Source of the DNA: an uncultured Pseudomonadota bacterium
GTDB taxonomy: Bacteria > Oederibacteriota > Muellerivitia > Muellerivitales > Muellerivitaceae
Direction of reading: 5' to 3'
DNA: 64,000 nt
Assembly (NCBI GenBank): GCA_963770835.1
Contig: CAVYRH010000002.1
Location: 96,001 to 160,000, forward strand
Positions 1-12,177 of the stretch are shown one piece after another. The notes below the pieces were generated by a model, which did not search any database, had not been told where the DNA came from, and worked only from the letters and a program-made list of their open reading frames with translations. Position numbers and translations under genes: made by a program. Numbering within the stretch: position 1 is the first letter of the stretch; the number at the start of each line of letters is the position of its first letter.

Positions 1-1296
1 CAAGAGTAGGAAGGCCAAACCAATCCTTTTTCCGTCTTTTAGCTTTTCCAAAACCACCTGCAATCCGGAGACCACCAAGATCAAGGCTGGAAGAAAAGCC
101 ATCAGGACGCGAAAACTGTCATAACCGCGGGCCAGTGCAGCCGGCAAGAAAGCCAACCCCAGGGACAGGAAAGTCCATCGCACGAAGGGACGGCTCTGAA
201 ACCGGCACAACTCCAAAGCACCGGTTAAAAGCAAAGCTCCCAATACCGGGTTCAGCAGCCCACCCCAAACCGGTCCATAAAGGCGCCTCCAGTTAAAACC
301 CCACAAAAGAGCTTGAACATGGGAGAAAAAGTCTTTGCACACCTGCCCCGGGTCCATGCCCGGATGAAAAACCCAAAGGACGTTTATGTACCGGCCATTT
401 TTTTGAAATACGGATTCCACAAGGAAAGGCATTACCGTGACCAGGAAAGACGTGAGGAACCTCCAAAGCGAACCCTCCCCCCGCAGCCCTTTCCAATGGC
501 GGTAAAGGAAAACCGAAAATACCGAGAGAGCGACCACGGGCCAGGCAATGGCGACGTAAAACCCAAGACCTGTCACAACCCCACAGGCCCAAGCCCATCG
601 TTGGCGACCCTTCACCTGGTCCGCCCTTAAATAGGCGGCCAAAAAGGCAAAACCCAAGACTTCAGTCAAAAGCATGGCGGAAGTGGGCTGACAGATCCTT
701 CCGGCGTAAAGGGGCCAAAAGCTGAAACCCAGGAGCATCATTCCCAAAAACGCGAAGGACTTCGGGAAGTAATTCCTAAACCCTGGAAGCGCGGCCCAAA
801 CGGCCGATGCCGAAAGAAGGGCGGGAAAAAGCCAAAGGGTTTGTAACGAGGGGGTAAAGGCCTTGAAGAAAAGGGCAAACCCCCAATTAAAGGCGGGTGG
901 GTGTTGTCCTAGGGCGAAGAAAAACTTCCAATCCCAGTGTTTCAGGAGTTCCAGGGAATAATAAGAAAAATAACCTTCATCGGTGAAAGGCCATTGGGAG
1001 AGGCTGGTCAGGTGGAAAAATCGCGGAGCCATAGACAGAAACGCGACCAAGGCCAAAACCCAAGAAGGCAAGGTGGGAAAAAGCTCTTTCTCGTAGGGCG
1101 CCTTATCCTGGAATTCCGCCGGTTTCGCGGCGAAAAAGAAGACCAAACCCGGCAAGGCTAAGCCCGCAAAGGCAATCCACAATTTCACAGTCAGCGGCAG
1201 AAAAAAATAGGACAACAGGGTGTTGGCAAGGAAGCTGATGGCAAAAAAAAGAACCGGGTTGTAGCGGATTCCGCTATTTCCTTGAATCTGGCTCAT
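1..1296 (-). CDS. GT-C fold / glycosyltransferase family 39-like integral membrane protein, 3' end off the window; apparent frameshift near 1050-1080
   Basis: Not in the ORF track; translated by hand from the ATG at 1296 (MSQIQGNSGIRYNPVLFFAISFLANTLL...). After a frameshift it reads RFFHLTSLSQWPFTDEGYFSYY, a DE-containing first loop typical of PMT/ArnT-like enzymes, followed by hydrophobic segments. Confidence 0.55.
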   Translation of the reverse strand, partial: MSQIQGNSGIRYNPVLFFAISFLANTLLSYFFLPLTVKLWIAFAGLALPGLVFFFAAKPAEFQDKAPYEKELFPTLPSWVLALVAFLSMAPRFFHLTSLSQWPFTDEGYFSYYSLELLKHWDWKFFFALGQHPPAFNWGFALFFKAFTPSLQTLWLFPALLSASAVWAALPGFRNYFPKSFAFLGMMLLGFSFWPLYAGRICQPTSAMLLTEVLGFAFLAAYLRADQVKGRQRWAWACGVVTGLGFYVAIAWPVVALSVFSVFLYRHWKGLRGEGSLWRFLTSFLVTVMPFLVESVFQKNGRYINVLWVFHPGMDPGQVCKDFFSHVQALLWGFNWRRLYGPVWGGLLNPVLGALLLTGALELCRFQSRPFVRWTFLSLGLAFLPAALARGYDSFRVLMAFLPALILVVSGLQVVLEKLKDGKRIGLAFLLL

Positions 1297-1307
1297 ACCC
1301 CGTTTGA

Positions 1308-3534
1308 TCAAGGGGCCTCGAACCAAACCGTGGCCAGGGGCGGCAGGGAAATCACTACTGAATAGGGCTGACCGTGACAGGGGATGGGTTCGGCGTGGAC
1401 TCCGCCGTTGTTGCCGAAGTTGGAGCCGCCGTAGAGGTGGGAATCGGTGTTCAGGAGTTCGCGGTAAAAACCCGGCTTGGGCACGCCCACCCGGTAACCG
1501 TTACGGATAACCGGTGAGAAATTGCCCGTCACCAGGATTTGCTTCCCCGTGGAAGGCGACTTCCTCAGGAAAGCCACCGCGTTGTCGTCCGCGTTGCTGG
1601 AGTCTACCCATTGGAAGCCTGCGGGGTCGACATCCGCCTCATGCAAGGCGGGGTGGCTCTTATAGAGCCGGTTCAAGTCCGAGACCAGGTTCTGCATGCG
1701 CCAATGGTCGGCCCATTGGGTCAAGTGCCAGTCCAGGCTTTGCTCGTGGTTCCATTCGTAAAACTGCGCGAATTCGCAGCCCATGAAGAGGAGTTTCTTC
1801 CCGGGATGGGCCCACATATAGCCGTAAAGGGACCGCAGGTTTGCGAACTTTTGCCACCGTTCCCCGGGCATCTTGTCGATCATGGAGCACTTGCCGTGCA
1901 CCACCTCGTCGTGGGAAATGGGGAGGATGAAATTCTCGCTCCAGGCGTAGAGGAAGCCGAAGGTCAGGTTGTTGTGGTCGTACCGGCGGTAAACGGGGTC
2001 GCGGCTGAAGTAAAAGAGCGTGTCGTGCATCCAGCCCATGTTCCACTTGAAACCGAAACCCAGGCCTCCCGTGTAGGTGGGACGGCTTACGCCCGGCCAA
2101 GCCGTGGATTCTTCCGCCGACCATGAGAACCCCCGGGAACTGGGCGTAGACCAGCTCATTGAGTTTTTTTAAAAAGCTGATGGCTTCCAGGTTCTCGTTG
2201 CCGCCGAACTGGTTGGGAATCCATTCCCCCTCCTTGCGACTGTAATCCAGGTAAAGCATGGAGGCCACCGCGTCCAGCCGCAGGCCGTCCACATGGTATT
2301 CCGAAAGCCAGAACAAGGCGTTGGAAAGGAGAAAATTCCTCACCTCATTCCGGCCGAAATTAAAAACGTAGGTTCCCCAATCGGGGTGCTCCCCCTGGCG
2401 GGGATCGAGGTGTTCATAAAGGGCCGTTCCGTCAAAGCGTCCGAGGGCGAATTCATCCTTGGGAAAATGGGCTGGGACCCAGTCCAGAATCACCCCGATG
2501 CCTTTCTGGTGCAGGTAATCCACCAGGTATTTAAAATCATCCGGCGGCCCAAAGCGTGCGGTCGGCGCGAAGTAGGATGAAACCTGGTACCCCCAGGACC
2601 CGCCGAAGGGGTGCTCCATGACGGGCATGAATTCCACGTGGGTAAACCCTAACTCCTGGACGTAGTCGGCCAATTGAACCGCCATTTCCTTGTAGGTCAG
2701 AGGCCGGTTGTCTTCCTCCGGTACCTTGCGCCAGGACTCCAAGTGGACCTCATAGATGGAAAGGGGTTTGCGCAGGGAGTCCCCTTTCTCCCGGTTGCGC
2801 ATCCATTCCTGGTCCTTAAACTCATAGTGGGTGCGGTGGGCGACGGAAGCGGTCAGGGGCGGTTTTTCGGTGGCGAAGGCGTAGGGGTCGGCTTTTAAAA
2901 GCCTCCGGCCGTCGTGAGTGCGGATTTCGAATTTGTAATTCATCCCCTCGCTGATCTCGGGGATGAAGATTTCCCAGATGCCGGAGGCACCCATGCGGCG
3001 CATGGTATGAAGGCGGCCATCCCAGCCGTTGAAATCGCCGACGACACTGACGCCCTTGGCGCCCGGCGCCCAAACGGCGAAAGAAAGGCCTTCGACCCCC
3101 TGGTGTTGCAGGAAATGGGCCCCCATCTTTTCATGGAGCTTTTGATGGTTCCCTTCCCCCAGGAGATAAAGGTCCATTTCCCCCAAGGTCGGCCAAAAGG
3201 CGTAGGGATCCCAATAAGTGAAGACTTTTGGCCCCGGGTATTCCACCTTCACGCGGTAAGGGCCGATTTCCTTTTTGCCATCCAAAAAACCCTCGAAAAG
3301 GCCCGCGGGAGAACAGAGGGAAAGGAGAATTTCCTTGCCCTTACCCTCCAGGAAAATAGAAACCGAAAGGGCGTCCGGGCGAAACACCCGCACGCACACG
3401 CCCGTCTTTTGGGGGTGGATTCCTAAAACCGAATGGGGATCCCCATGGCTTAAGGAAATAAAGCTTTCAAGTTCTTGATTCGACAGGGTGGCTTTGGCGT
3501 GGGGCTGCTTTTTCTTCGTCGTTGGCATGGACAC
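1308..3534 (-). CDS. glgB: 1,4-alpha-glucan branching enzyme (one frameshift at ~2118)
   Basis: ORFs 1660..3534 and 1308..2159 join (VLMV|AEEST). Motifs: [58 protein letters not shown]. Confidence 0.95.
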
Positions 3535-3579
3535 GTCCTCGGAACCGTTTTGGGCTATTGACCTTCACGACGCGGCGTT

Positions 3580-6045
3580 TTATGCGACTTCGATGTCATC
3601 CGTATGCAGCGATTTCTTAAGCTTGTCGTTCTCATCGAGCAGAGTGTCCGTTTTGAGGTCCAGCAGTTCGGACAATTCCACCAGTTTGTCGAATTGTAGG
3701 GATTTTTCCGCGGCCTCGAAAACCGCCTCCTGGGCCAGGTAAAGGTTGTATTCCAGCCCCAGTTTCTTGGTCAACTGTACCACAGCGATGGCCGCCCGGA
3801 CGTTTTCCTCGGTGGGTTTCGCCACGGCTATTTCCACGATTTCCGTGATCAGGTTCCGGAAAGTGTGTTCGGCCACGAACCGGTCGATGCGGTACCCATG
3901 GCGGGTCACCTCGTCGGCGAGGGAAATGAGGTTTCGGTAGGCATCCGGATCCTTGAACCACTCCCTCCGTTGGATTTCCTCCTCAAAAAGCTTGCCGAAG
4001 GTGAATTCCGCCGCGGCCCGGATCTCCCGGGGCAGCTCAAACCCCACGGACTGCAGCATTTCCAGGTTGCGTCGGTTGTCCTCGTAAAGGCGGACATATT
4101 GTTCCGAGAAACGTTCCACCAGGCTTCCGAACACTTCCTTGAAGATCTTCTGGCGGCTCTCCGGCAGCAGCTGTTCCACGCCGAATTCCTCGGGCCCGAA
4201 CTCCTCCTGCATGAGCCTGAGGAGCTTGGGCAGGGAAACCAGGTAAAACTGGTCCCAGAGGTGCCGGGAGGACTTGTCGAAATTTTCCTTGCGCAGGAAG
4301 GGGCGGACGGCGCCGTAAAAGTCAATGCCGCCCAGGTGAAGCCCCGCGAAGGCGTAGCGGAAGTGCTGCCGCGTCATGGCTTCCTGGAGCGAAACATGCC
4401 CGGTCATCAAGGTAAAGCGGCCGTGCTCCTCCTTGCGGTTATCCAGCATCTCAAAAAGATATCCCCCCGCCTCCCCGCTTTCGGCCACGTGGTTGACGAG
4501 GGAGGAAATGGCCAAGTGGGCCACCACCCCTTGGGGCGTGACGCGGGTGGGCTCGGCGAAGCGGCGGTACACGTCGGCGCCGGTGCCGAACTCGGGGACA
4601 TTGCTCTTGGCCTCGGCCAGGATGTCGAGGAAGGCTGTTTCGGGGGACTCGAACCCCAGGGTTTCCATCAGGTCGAAAATGCGGGCGGCGTATTTCATGA
4701 CCTGCACGGTCTCAATGCCGGAGATCTCGGTAAAGAACCAGCCGCAGCTGGTGTACATGAGCATGGCGTTTCGTTGGATTTCCAAGTGGGTGAGGGCCTT
4801 TACTTGCTCCAGTTCGGACAATTCCCTTCCCGCATGTTTTTCAAGGAATTCCTTGCGGGAAGCCTGGGGATCCAACACCAGCTGGATGTAAGCGTTGCGG
4901 GCCGCCCAGGGGTCGTTGAAAAGCTTGCCCCTTTCTTGGTCGAAATACCCGTGCACCCGGTCCCGGAGGAAATCAAAGGCCTTGCGCAGGGGCCCCCGCC
5001 AGGCCTGGTTCCATCCTTCCCGGCCGCCGGTTTGGCAGCCGCAATCCCGGTACCAGCGCCCGACGCCGTGGGCGCAGCTCCAGGAAGTCCCATTGCCGTC
5101 CGGTCCCTTTTTGATCTCGGCTTCCCAGGTGGGAGGGTGTTTTTCCAGGTAAGCGCCGTAGTTGGTGACCCAATAGTCGCCCTGTGTCGCTTCCACCTTG
5201 AGCGCGTAGGCCAGGCTGCGGTCGCCGAACTTCGTGTGGTGGCCGTAGGACTCGCCGTCGGTGGCGGTCTGCACGATGCGGCCTTCTCCCCGGCCCACCC
5301 GGCCGATGCGGTCGATGAAAGCCTGGCTGGAAATGAGGGACCCCTCGAAGGCGACCCCGCGCGCGATGCCCATGTCGTAGAAAAAGATATCGATGAACCG
5401 CTTGGAGCCGTCCCGGTGGAAATAGCGGTAAGGCATGGCCGGGTCGATCCTTCCGTTCGAGACGTCGGTCCAGTCGCCATCGCCCAAGGGGCGGACGCGC
5501 TCAGCCTGTTCGGGAGACAGGATGACGTATTTGAGGTTATGGTCGATCAGGACCGAAAGGGTGGCGTCGTTGCAGGCGGTTTCCGGCAGCCAGAGGGACT
5601 CGGGCTCCCGGTTGAACCGGTGCTTGAAGTCCTCGATGCCCCACTTCACCTGGGTGATGCGGTCCGCTTCGTTGCAAAGGGGCAGGATGGTGTGGTTATA
5701 ACCCTGGGCGATGGCGTTGCCGTGGCCGCCATTCTTCTTGGCGCTCTTTTTGTCCGCCTCCAGGATTTTCTCATAGGTCCCGATGTGGTATTTCTCCATC
5801 CAGGAAAGGAGCGTGGGGCCGAAATTGAAGCTGATGGACTCGTAATTGTTGATGATTCCCTCGATCCGGCCGCTCTTCAGGTCGAATACCCGGGCGAATG
5901 CGTTGGGGCGGTAACACTCGTAATAAACGCGGTCGTTCCAATTGGGGAAAGGCTGGGCGCTGGGCTGGTCGTCAATGACACCCGTCCAGGGGTTTTCCCG
6001 GGGAGGCTGGTAGAAATGGCCGTGGATGACGAGTGCGGTTGGCAT
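3580..6045 (-). CDS. GH57-family glycoside hydrolase with DUF3536 domain
   Basis: IHGHFYQPPRENPW, SFNFGPTLLSW, YNHTILPL, WLPETA, ATDGESYGHH, WSCAHGVGRW and MYTSCGWFF motifs; adjacent to glgB. Confidence 0.88.
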   Translation of the reverse strand: MPTALVIHGHFYQPPRENPWTGVIDDQPSAQPFPNWNDRVYYECYRPNAFARVFDLKSGRIEGIINNYESISFNFGPTLLSWMEKYHIGTYEKILEADKKSAKKNGGHGNAIAQGYNHTILPLCNEADRITQVKWGIEDFKHRFNREPESLWLPETACNDATLSVLIDHNLKYVILSPEQAERVRPLGDGDWTDVSNGRIDPAMPYRYFHRDGSKRFIDIFFYDMGIARGVAFEGSLISSQAFIDRIGRVGRGEGRIVQTATDGESYGHHTKFGDRSLAYALKVEATQGDYWVTNYGAYLEKHPPTWEAEIKKGPDGNGTSWSCAHGVGRWYRDCGCQTGGREGWNQAWRGPLRKAFDFLRDRVHGYFDQERGKLFNDPWAARNAYIQLVLDPQASRKEFLEKHAGRELSELEQVKALTHLEIQRNAMLMYTSCGWFFTEISGIETVQVMKYAARIFDLMETLGFESPETAFLDILAEAKSNVPEFGTGADVYRRFAEPTRVTPQGVVAHLAISSLVNHVAESGEAGGYLFEMLDNRKEEHGRFTLMTGHVSLQEAMTRQHFRYAFAGLHLGGIDFYGAVRPFLRKENFDKSSRHLWDQFYLVSLPKLLRLMQEEFGPEEFGVEQLLPESRQKIFKEVFGSLVERFSEQYVRLYEDNRRNLEMLQSVGFELPREIRAAAEFTFGKLFEEEIQRREWFKDPDAYRNLISLADEVTRHGYRIDRFVAEHTFRNLITEIVEIAVAKPTEENVRAAIAVVQLTKKLGLEYNLYLAQEAVFEAAEKSLQFDKLVELSELLDLKTDTLLDENDKLKKSLHTDDIEVA

Positions 6046-6124
6046 CAGTTCCTCATTGGGACGGCCTAGGAGAGACCGCCGAATCAGCTTCTGATTTTAA
6101 TGGCAAAAAGCCCGATTGGGTGAA

Positions 6125-7630
6125 CTATCCATTAGGGACAAACCACAGGCGTCCCAATTCCCGTATCTTGACATGGTAATTATTTTGAATTTCCTCTACC
6201 ACCGGCTTGGGAAGCAGGTACTGCTCCGGCCTGTCGTACAATTCGATCGTGGAGAATTTTTTTGACCGAATGTCACCGATAAGGGGCTCTTCGCTCCAAA
6301 TTCCCCTTTTCACCATGGCCGTGTATTCGGCGGGTTGGATCCAGATTTTCTTTCCGGCCATCACCGGCAGGTCCAAATCCAGGGCCAAGTGGTTTTCCCC
6401 GGTTTCATAAATCTTAGAGGCGGCTAATTTCGCATCCCTCTCTTCGGCAGGGGGTGTGGTGGGCCATTTACCGGCGGGCAAAAAAACGTAGAGGGCCACA
6501 CCCAAAAGCACCCTGCCCCAGACCGCGGTTTTTCCACCGGGGCTCCAACGGAAGATCCCATTCCAGGGAGAAACCCAAGCCTCCCCGATAAAAAAAATCC
6601 CATAAAGAAGGAATTCCAGCCAGTAGTTTTCGGCGCCCAAAACCCGCCCCAAGGATAAAAGGCTTAGGCCGGAAAAAACAATTTGGATCTTGGGGAGCAA
6701 GGGGACGCGCTTGACCGCCCAAAGAAGCAGGACAGCGGCGGAAAGGGCCCCCCCTTCCCTCCAAAAAACCCGTGAAATCAAATACCAAAAAGCCCTCATG
6801 TCGAATCCCGTGTTCGCCCAAGCCACGGTATGTTCGTAAAACAATCCCTTCGTTTGAACCTGTTCGATCGCGAAAACAACCGTCAAAGGCGCCAGGAAAA
6901 AAAGGGCGTAATCCCCCAGCCGGGCCCATTGCCGCCGGGCCACGCAATAGAGGCCGTAAACCACCGCCAGGGCCAGGGTGCTTTGCTTGATGAGGACCGC
7001 AGCCGCGTTGAATAAACCCGCGGCGGCGATCCCCATCCTTCCCTTGGCGGGTTTAAGGGAATCCCCGTAAAGCAACAGAAAAGCGGCGAAGTGGAAGAAA
7101 AGCGCCAAGGCATCGCATCGCACCATGGTCCCCCATTCGGCCCAGGTCGGAAAAATCCAAAGCAGAAGGGCCGAAAAAACGGCCCACACCCATCCCCATC
7201 GCCGGAACCCCCAGGCCCCCAAAAGGATCCCGCATCCCAAATAGCCCGCGAAAGCCAGGAACCTGCCGGGTTGCCACACCAAGCCGGTAGCCTTGAGAAG
7301 CCCAGCCTCCAGCCAAGAAAAAAGGGGCGGATAAACCGAATAAAGGTAGGGACCGCCCTTGGCGCTGTCAGGATAAAGGTTCTCTCCTCGCAAAAGGATT
7401 AGGCCCTTTTCCACGTTGATCGCTTCCCCTTGTTCCACTTGCAGGGGATAGGTAAGCCGGTGGTAAAGGGCGGGAAGTCCGAGGAGGAAGGTCGCGGCAA
7501 CGAAAACGGCAGGAAGAAAAAGGATCATTCGGTAGAAGTAATCATTGGCCGGAAAAGAGGGGTTGCTTACCTGTTGGGAGAAGGCTCGTCCCTTGGCTGC
7601 CATCTTCTCCACCCTTTGATTATTCAACAA
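6125..7630 (-). CDS. Multi-pass membrane protein, probable GT-C-type glycosyltransferase (true start may be ~7603 or later)
   Basis: About 10 hydrophobic segments; YPPLF, RCDALA and KQ motifs resemble GT39/GT87-like proteins. Confidence 0.55.
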   Translation of the reverse strand: MLNNQRVEKMAAKGRAFSQQVSNPSFPANDYFYRMILFLPAVFVAATFLLGLPALYHRLTYPLQVEQGEAINVEKGLILLRGENLYPDSAKGGPYLYSVYPPLFSWLEAGLLKATGLVWQPGRFLAFAGYLGCGILLGAWGFRRWGWVWAVFSALLLWIFPTWAEWGTMVRCDALALFFHFAAFLLLYGDSLKPAKGRMGIAAAGLFNAAAVLIKQSTLALAVVYGLYCVARRQWARLGDYALFFLAPLTVVFAIEQVQTKGLFYEHTVAWANTGFDMRAFWYLISRVFWREGGALSAAVLLLWAVKRVPLLPKIQIVFSGLSLLSLGRVLGAENYWLEFLLYGIFFIGEAWVSPWNGIFRWSPGGKTAVWGRVLLGVALYVFLPAGKWPTTPPAEERDAKLAASKIYETGENHLALDLDLPVMAGKKIWIQPAEYTAMVKRGIWSEEPLIGDIRSKKFSTIELYDRPEQYLLPKPVVEEIQNNYHVKIRELGRLWFVPNG

Positions 7631-8918
7631 TCATCCCTGCGCCCACGGTGTTGTTGGTAAGCTCGTCGATGAGGATGAAGCTGCCGGTCGCCCAGTTGCG
7701 GTCATAGGGGTCGAAGCAGATGGGTTTGAGCGTCTGGACGTTCACACGGGCGATGTCGTTGAGGTTCAACTGTTCGGCCAAATTTTTGTCGAGGGTCTTC
7801 ATGTCCCTTACCCAAAGGATATTGTCCACCAGGGCCTTGGTCTCGCCGGTGGCCAGCTTCAAAAGATACTTTTTCTTCAACGTCAGGGGTTCCTTGACCA
7901 TCCAGCACAGGTGAGCCTGGAATTGCCGCTCGCATTGGGGTTCGTTGCCGGGATAGGCCAGCATATCGCCGCGGGAAATGTCGATCTCGTCGTTTAAGCG
8001 CAAGGTCACGCTCATGGGGGGATAGGCTTCTTCCAACTCCCCGTCGAAGGTGTCGATGGAGCGGATGGTGGAGGTGGCCCCGGAAGGCAGCGCCACGACC
8101 TTTTGTCCTTTTCGGGCGATACCGGAGGCGACTTTCCCGGCGAACCCCCGGTAATCCAGGTTTGGCCGCAGGACGATCTGGACCGGAAAACGGAAATCGT
8201 CCAGATTCCGGTCCTTGGAAATCTCGATGGTCTCCAAATGGTCCAATAGGGCCTTCCCCTTGTACCAGGGCATGGCGGGGCTTTTCACGGTGACGTTGTC
8301 GCCCTTCAAGGCGGAAATGGGGATGAATTCCAGGTTCTTCAGCGAGGGCGGCGCGGGATTTTCCTCCACCAGGCGCTGGAAGAAGGCCTCATAGTCGGCC
8401 TTGATCTTCTCGAAAACCTCTTCCTTGAAGTCCACCAGGTCCATCTTGTTGATGGCCACGACGATATGTGGGATGCCCAGGAGCTTGGCGATATAGCCGT
8501 GCCGCTTGGACTGGATCATGACCCCGTTGCGGGCGTCGATGAGGATGATGGCCAGATCCGCCGTGGAGGCGCCGGTGACCATGTTGCGGGTGTATTGCTC
8601 GTGTCCCGGAGTGTCGGCGATGATGAACTTCCGTTTAGAAGTGGCGAAATAGCGGTAGGCTACGTCGATGGTAATTCCCTGTTCCCGCTCCGCCGCCAAC
8701 CCGTCGGTAATCAGGGCAAAATCGATGTCCTCCCCACCCTTTTTCCGGGTGGTCTTGCGGATGGCATCCAATTGGTCCTCAAAGACTCCCTTGGAATCGA
8801 AAAGAAGCCTGCCGATGAGGGTGGATTTGCCGTCGTCCACAGACCCGGCCGTCGAGAACCGCAGCATGTCCATCTTTTCGTAGTTTAATAGCGTCTTTGC
8901 GTTTAGCGTCATGTGCAA
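7620..8918 (-). CDS. cysN: Sulfate adenylyltransferase subunit 1 (no fused APS kinase domain)
   Basis: [47 protein letters not shown] and NKMD; the protein ends at TVGAGMI. Confidence 0.96.
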   Translation of the reverse strand: MHMTLNAKTLLNYEKMDMLRFSTAGSVDDGKSTLIGRLLFDSKGVFEDQLDAIRKTTRKKGGEDIDFALITDGLAAEREQGITIDVAYRYFATSKRKFIIADTPGHEQYTRNMVTGASTADLAIILIDARNGVMIQSKRHGYIAKLLGIPHIVVAINKMDLVDFKEEVFEKIKADYEAFFQRLVEENPAPPSLKNLEFIPISALKGDNVTVKSPAMPWYKGKALLDHLETIEISKDRNLDDFRFPVQIVLRPNLDYRGFAGKVASGIARKGQKVVALPSGATSTIRSIDTFDGELEEAYPPMSVTLRLNDEIDISRGDMLAYPGNEPQCERQFQAHLCWMVKEPLTLKKKYLLKLATGETKALVDNILWVRDMKTLDKNLAEQLNLNDIARVNVQTLKPICFDPYDRNWATGSFILIDELTNNTVGAGMIVE

Positions 8919-8955
8919 TATTTCTCCGCCAAGAAAATAAAACTAGCCGGCCCTC

Positions 8956-9047
8956 GAATTTTGAATGTTGAATTCTCAATTATGAATTTTTTGAAATTTT
9001 CTTCCGGCCCACCGGAAGAAAATATCCATAATTTAAGATTCAAAATC
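8956..9047. repeat. AT-rich heptad (TGAATT-like) repeat forming a long imperfect hairpin between cysD and cysN
   Basis: gaattttgaatgttgaattctcaattatgaat ... atccataatttaagattcaaaatc, with an inner stem attttcttccgg/ccggaagaaaat. Confidence 0.7.
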
Positions 9048-9051
9048 GCCC

Positions 9052-9975
9052 TTAGAAGTAGCCTTCCTTCTTCTTCTGTTCCATCGAGCTGTCCGAACCG
9101 TGGTCGATGATACGATTTTCCCGTTCGCTCTTGCGGGTGCCGATCAAGTCCTCGATGATGCCCCTCAAGTCATGGACTTCGGGCTCGGACTGGACGGCGC
9201 CCGTGCAGGACATGCAGCCCAAAGAGCGAAACCGCACCCGCATGTCCTTGACCTCGTCCCCTGGCAGGATCGGGATATGGGAAACCCAGGGGATGAGCAA
9301 CTCCTTGCGCTTGATGATCTTGCGGGTGTGGGTGAAATAAATGGGGACAACGGGTATTTTTTCCATCTCGATATAGAGCCAGATATCCAGCTCGGTCCAA
9401 TTGGAAAGGGGGAAAACCCGGATGGACTCCCCTTCGTTGACCTTGGAGTTGTAAAGGTCCCACAATTCGGGCCGCTGGTTCTTGGGGTCCCACTGGCCAA
9501 AGGAATCCCGGAAGGAATAAACCCTCTCCTTGGCCCTGGACTTTTCCTCTTCCCGCCGCGCCCCGCCGAAAGCCGCGTCGAATCCGTGTTTGGTCAGGGC
9601 ATCCAAGAGTCCCTGGGTTTTCAGCAGGCCGCAGCATTTCTGGACCCCGTACTTAAAGGGGCTGGAACCGCCCGCAATGGCTTCCTCGTTACGTTCCACC
9701 AGAAGCTTGGCGCCGATTTCCTGGATAAACTTGTCCCGGAACTCGTACATCTCGGGGAATTTGTAGCCGGTATCCACATGCAGGAGGGGAAAGGGGATCT
9801 TGCCGGGGTGGAAGGCCTTTTGGGCCAGGCGCACCATGACGCTGGAATCCTTGCCCACCGAATAAAGCATGACCGGGTTTTTAAACTCGGCCGCCACTTC
9901 CCGGATAATAAAGATGCTTTCCGCTTCCAGTTGTTTTAGGTGGGAGAGGGTTTTAGCGTCGGTTGAGGTCGGCAT
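9052..9975 (-). CDS. cysD: Sulfate adenylyltransferase subunit 2
   Basis: [47 protein letters not shown] and RFRSLGC. Confidence 0.97.
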   Translation of the reverse strand: MPTSTDAKTLSHLKQLEAESIFIIREVAAEFKNPVMLYSVGKDSSVMVRLAQKAFHPGKIPFPLLHVDTGYKFPEMYEFRDKFIQEIGAKLLVERNEEAIAGGSSPFKYGVQKCCGLLKTQGLLDALTKHGFDAAFGGARREEEKSRAKERVYSFRDSFGQWDPKNQRPELWDLYNSKVNEGESIRVFPLSNWTELDIWLYIEMEKIPVVPIYFTHTRKIIKRKELLIPWVSHIPILPGDEVKDMRVRFRSLGCMSCTGAVQSEPEVHDLRGIIEDLIGTRKSERENRIIDHGSDSSMEQKKKEGYF

Positions 9976-10102
9976 TTTTCTCTCTTCTTACAGGTTCCAG
10001 GCCATTATTCGGACTTTGCGCTGCCAAAATCCAGGGCAAGGCCAAAAGCCCAACAAAAATACACTTTTCCGGGTTTTTACTCAATCCAAAAGCCTAGGAG
10101 CC

Positions 10103-11151
10103 TTAGAGGGGAAATACATGGAAGGCGGTAATGGCGGCATAAACCTCCTGGCCTTCCTTGAAACCGCTGGCCAGGGCCACGCCCTTGGGAACCTGCGCCG
10201 AAATATTCTTGTCTTCCCCGATATCGAGTTTGTATTCGATCACCGTGCCCTTGAACCGGGTTTTGGCGATCTTGGCCCTTACCTGCAGGGTCTCGAACTG
10301 GGCGGTCATGTAAACGTCGTTGGGCCGGAAATAAATGCGGATCTTTTGCTTCACCGGCAGGCTGGGGTTCACCGGAAAGCCGGAAAGGCCCCCATACGCG
10401 CCAGCCCCTTTTCGGCGACTTCCGTGTCGATGAAGTTGGTTTCCCCCACGAATTGGGCGATGAAATGGGTCGCCGGCTTGTCGAAAATCTCGATGGGAGA
10501 GTCCCGTCCTGCTCGATCTCCCCCTGGTTCATGATGAGGATGCGGCTGGCCACTTCCATGGCCTCCTGCTGGTCGTGGGTGACGAAAAGGGTGGTCACGT
10601 TGGTTTCCTCGTGGAGCCTCAGTATCCATTCCCGCAATTCCTCCCGCACCTTGGCGTCCAGGGCCCCGAAAGGCTCGTCCAAAAGCAGCACCTCGGGCCG
10701 GGGGGCCAGGGCCCTGGCCACGGCCACCCTTTGGCGTTGCCCGCCGGAAAGCTGGGAGGGATAGCGTTTCTCGTAACCGTTCAGCTGGATCAGGTTCAAA
10801 AGCTCATAAACCCTGGCCCTGAATTTCCTTTTCGGCTTGTTTGCGCACCCTTAGGCCGAAGGCGATGTTCTCGAAAACGTTCATGTGCTTGAAAAGGGCG
10901 TAATGCTGGAAAACAAACCCGACATTGCGCTCCTTGGCCGAGGCATAGGTGGCTTCCCGGCCGGTCAAATGGATTTCCCCCGCGTCGGGGATCTCCAGCC
11001 CCGCGATCATGCGCAGCAGGGTGCTCTTGCCCTGATCCCGAAGGGCCCAGGAGCGCCGTCAGGGAGCCCGTTTCCAGCTTCGGCGCTCACCTTATGGACG
11101 GCCTTGAAGCCGTTGAAGATCTTAGTGAGATCCGCGGACTTCAATACTCAT
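10103..11151 (-). CDS. cysA: Sulfate ABC transporter ATP-binding subunit (several frameshifts)
   Basis: ATG at 11151 (MSIEVR). Fragments carry [47 protein letters not shown] and a TOBE-like C-terminus (10103..10372). Confidence 0.9.
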
Positions 11152-11164
11152 GTCGGGCTCACTT

Positions 11165-12063
11165 TCAAGGTGCGTCGGCAACATCCGGCTTTCCCTTTCG
11201 TATTCGGGCGCTCACCATGCTCTTGGCGATCAGGGTTAAAACGGCCAGGAAGGTCAAAAGGGACGCCACGGCAAAAGCCGCCGTGAAATTGTAATCGTTA
11301 TAAAGGATTTCCACGTGCAGGGGCAGGGTGTTGGTCAGGCCCCGGATATGCCCCGAAACCACGGACACCGCCCCGAATTCCCCCATGGCCCGGGCGTTGC
11401 AAAGAATGATGCCATAAAGAAGGCCCCACTGGATATTCGGCAGGGTCACTCTCCAGAAAATCTGCGTGGCCGTTGGCGCCCAACACCATGGCCGCTTCTT
11501 CCTCTTCCGAGCCCTGTTCCTGCATGAGGGGGATCAGTTCCCGGGAAACGAAGGGAAAGGTCACGAAGATCGTGGCCAGGACGATGCCCGGGCACGGCGA
11601 AAATGATTTGGATGTTGTGGTCCTTCAGCCAATGCCCCATCAGCCCCTGCAGCCCGAACAAAAGAACGTAAATCAACCCCGAAACCACGGGCGAAACCGT
11701 AAAAGGAAGGTCGATCAGGGTGATCAGGAGGTTCTTGCCCGGGAAATTGGAATTTGGTGATGGCCCAGGCCGAGGCCAAGCCGAAGACGGAATTGAAAAA
11801 AATCGAAAAGAAAGCCGTGATCAGGGTCAACTTGATGGCGGACAAGTGCGTCGGGTTCCCGGATGGCGTCGAAGTAATAGGCAGATCCCCTTATCCAGGG
11901 CGGAAGTGAAAACCTGGGCCAAGGGTACTAATAGGAACAGGGCGATAAAAAGCAGGGCCACGGAGGTCAAGGTCCACCGGACCCAACGAGGCTCGGTAAG
12001 GGCCCGGGCTGGGTCCGATAATCGGTCGCCTTTTAAGCTGAGGATGAGTGTTTCTTTCGTCAC
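11165..12063 (-). CDS. cysW: Sulfate ABC transporter permease CysW (several frameshifts)
   Basis: Fragments 11827..12063, 11561..11845, 11446..11688, 11298..11564 and 11165..11449: [44 protein letters not shown]. Confidence 0.9.
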
Positions 12064-12087
12064 GTCTCCGCCTTTTCTATTACTTAC

Positions 12088-12176
12088 CTGCGAACTGCCG
12101 ACTGGTTTTTTTCCTCGTGTCTTTCGCTTTTTCTGTTCCTTGCCTGCGAACTGCCAACCGTCGACTGCCGACTGGT
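12088..12176. repeat. Heptad (CTGCNNA-like) intergenic repeat between cysT and cysW
   Basis: ctgcgaactgccgactgg ... ctgcgaactgccaaccgtcgactgccgactgg. Confidence 0.55.
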
Positions 12177-12177
12177 T

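Noticed and set aside
3865..6069. 734-aa plus-strand ORF and similar long antisense ORFs (e.g. 9100..9939, 31489..32322, 41315..42268)
   Set aside because: They mirror well-supported minus-strand genes and have no recognisable motifs; typical shadow ORFs of GC-rich codon usage.
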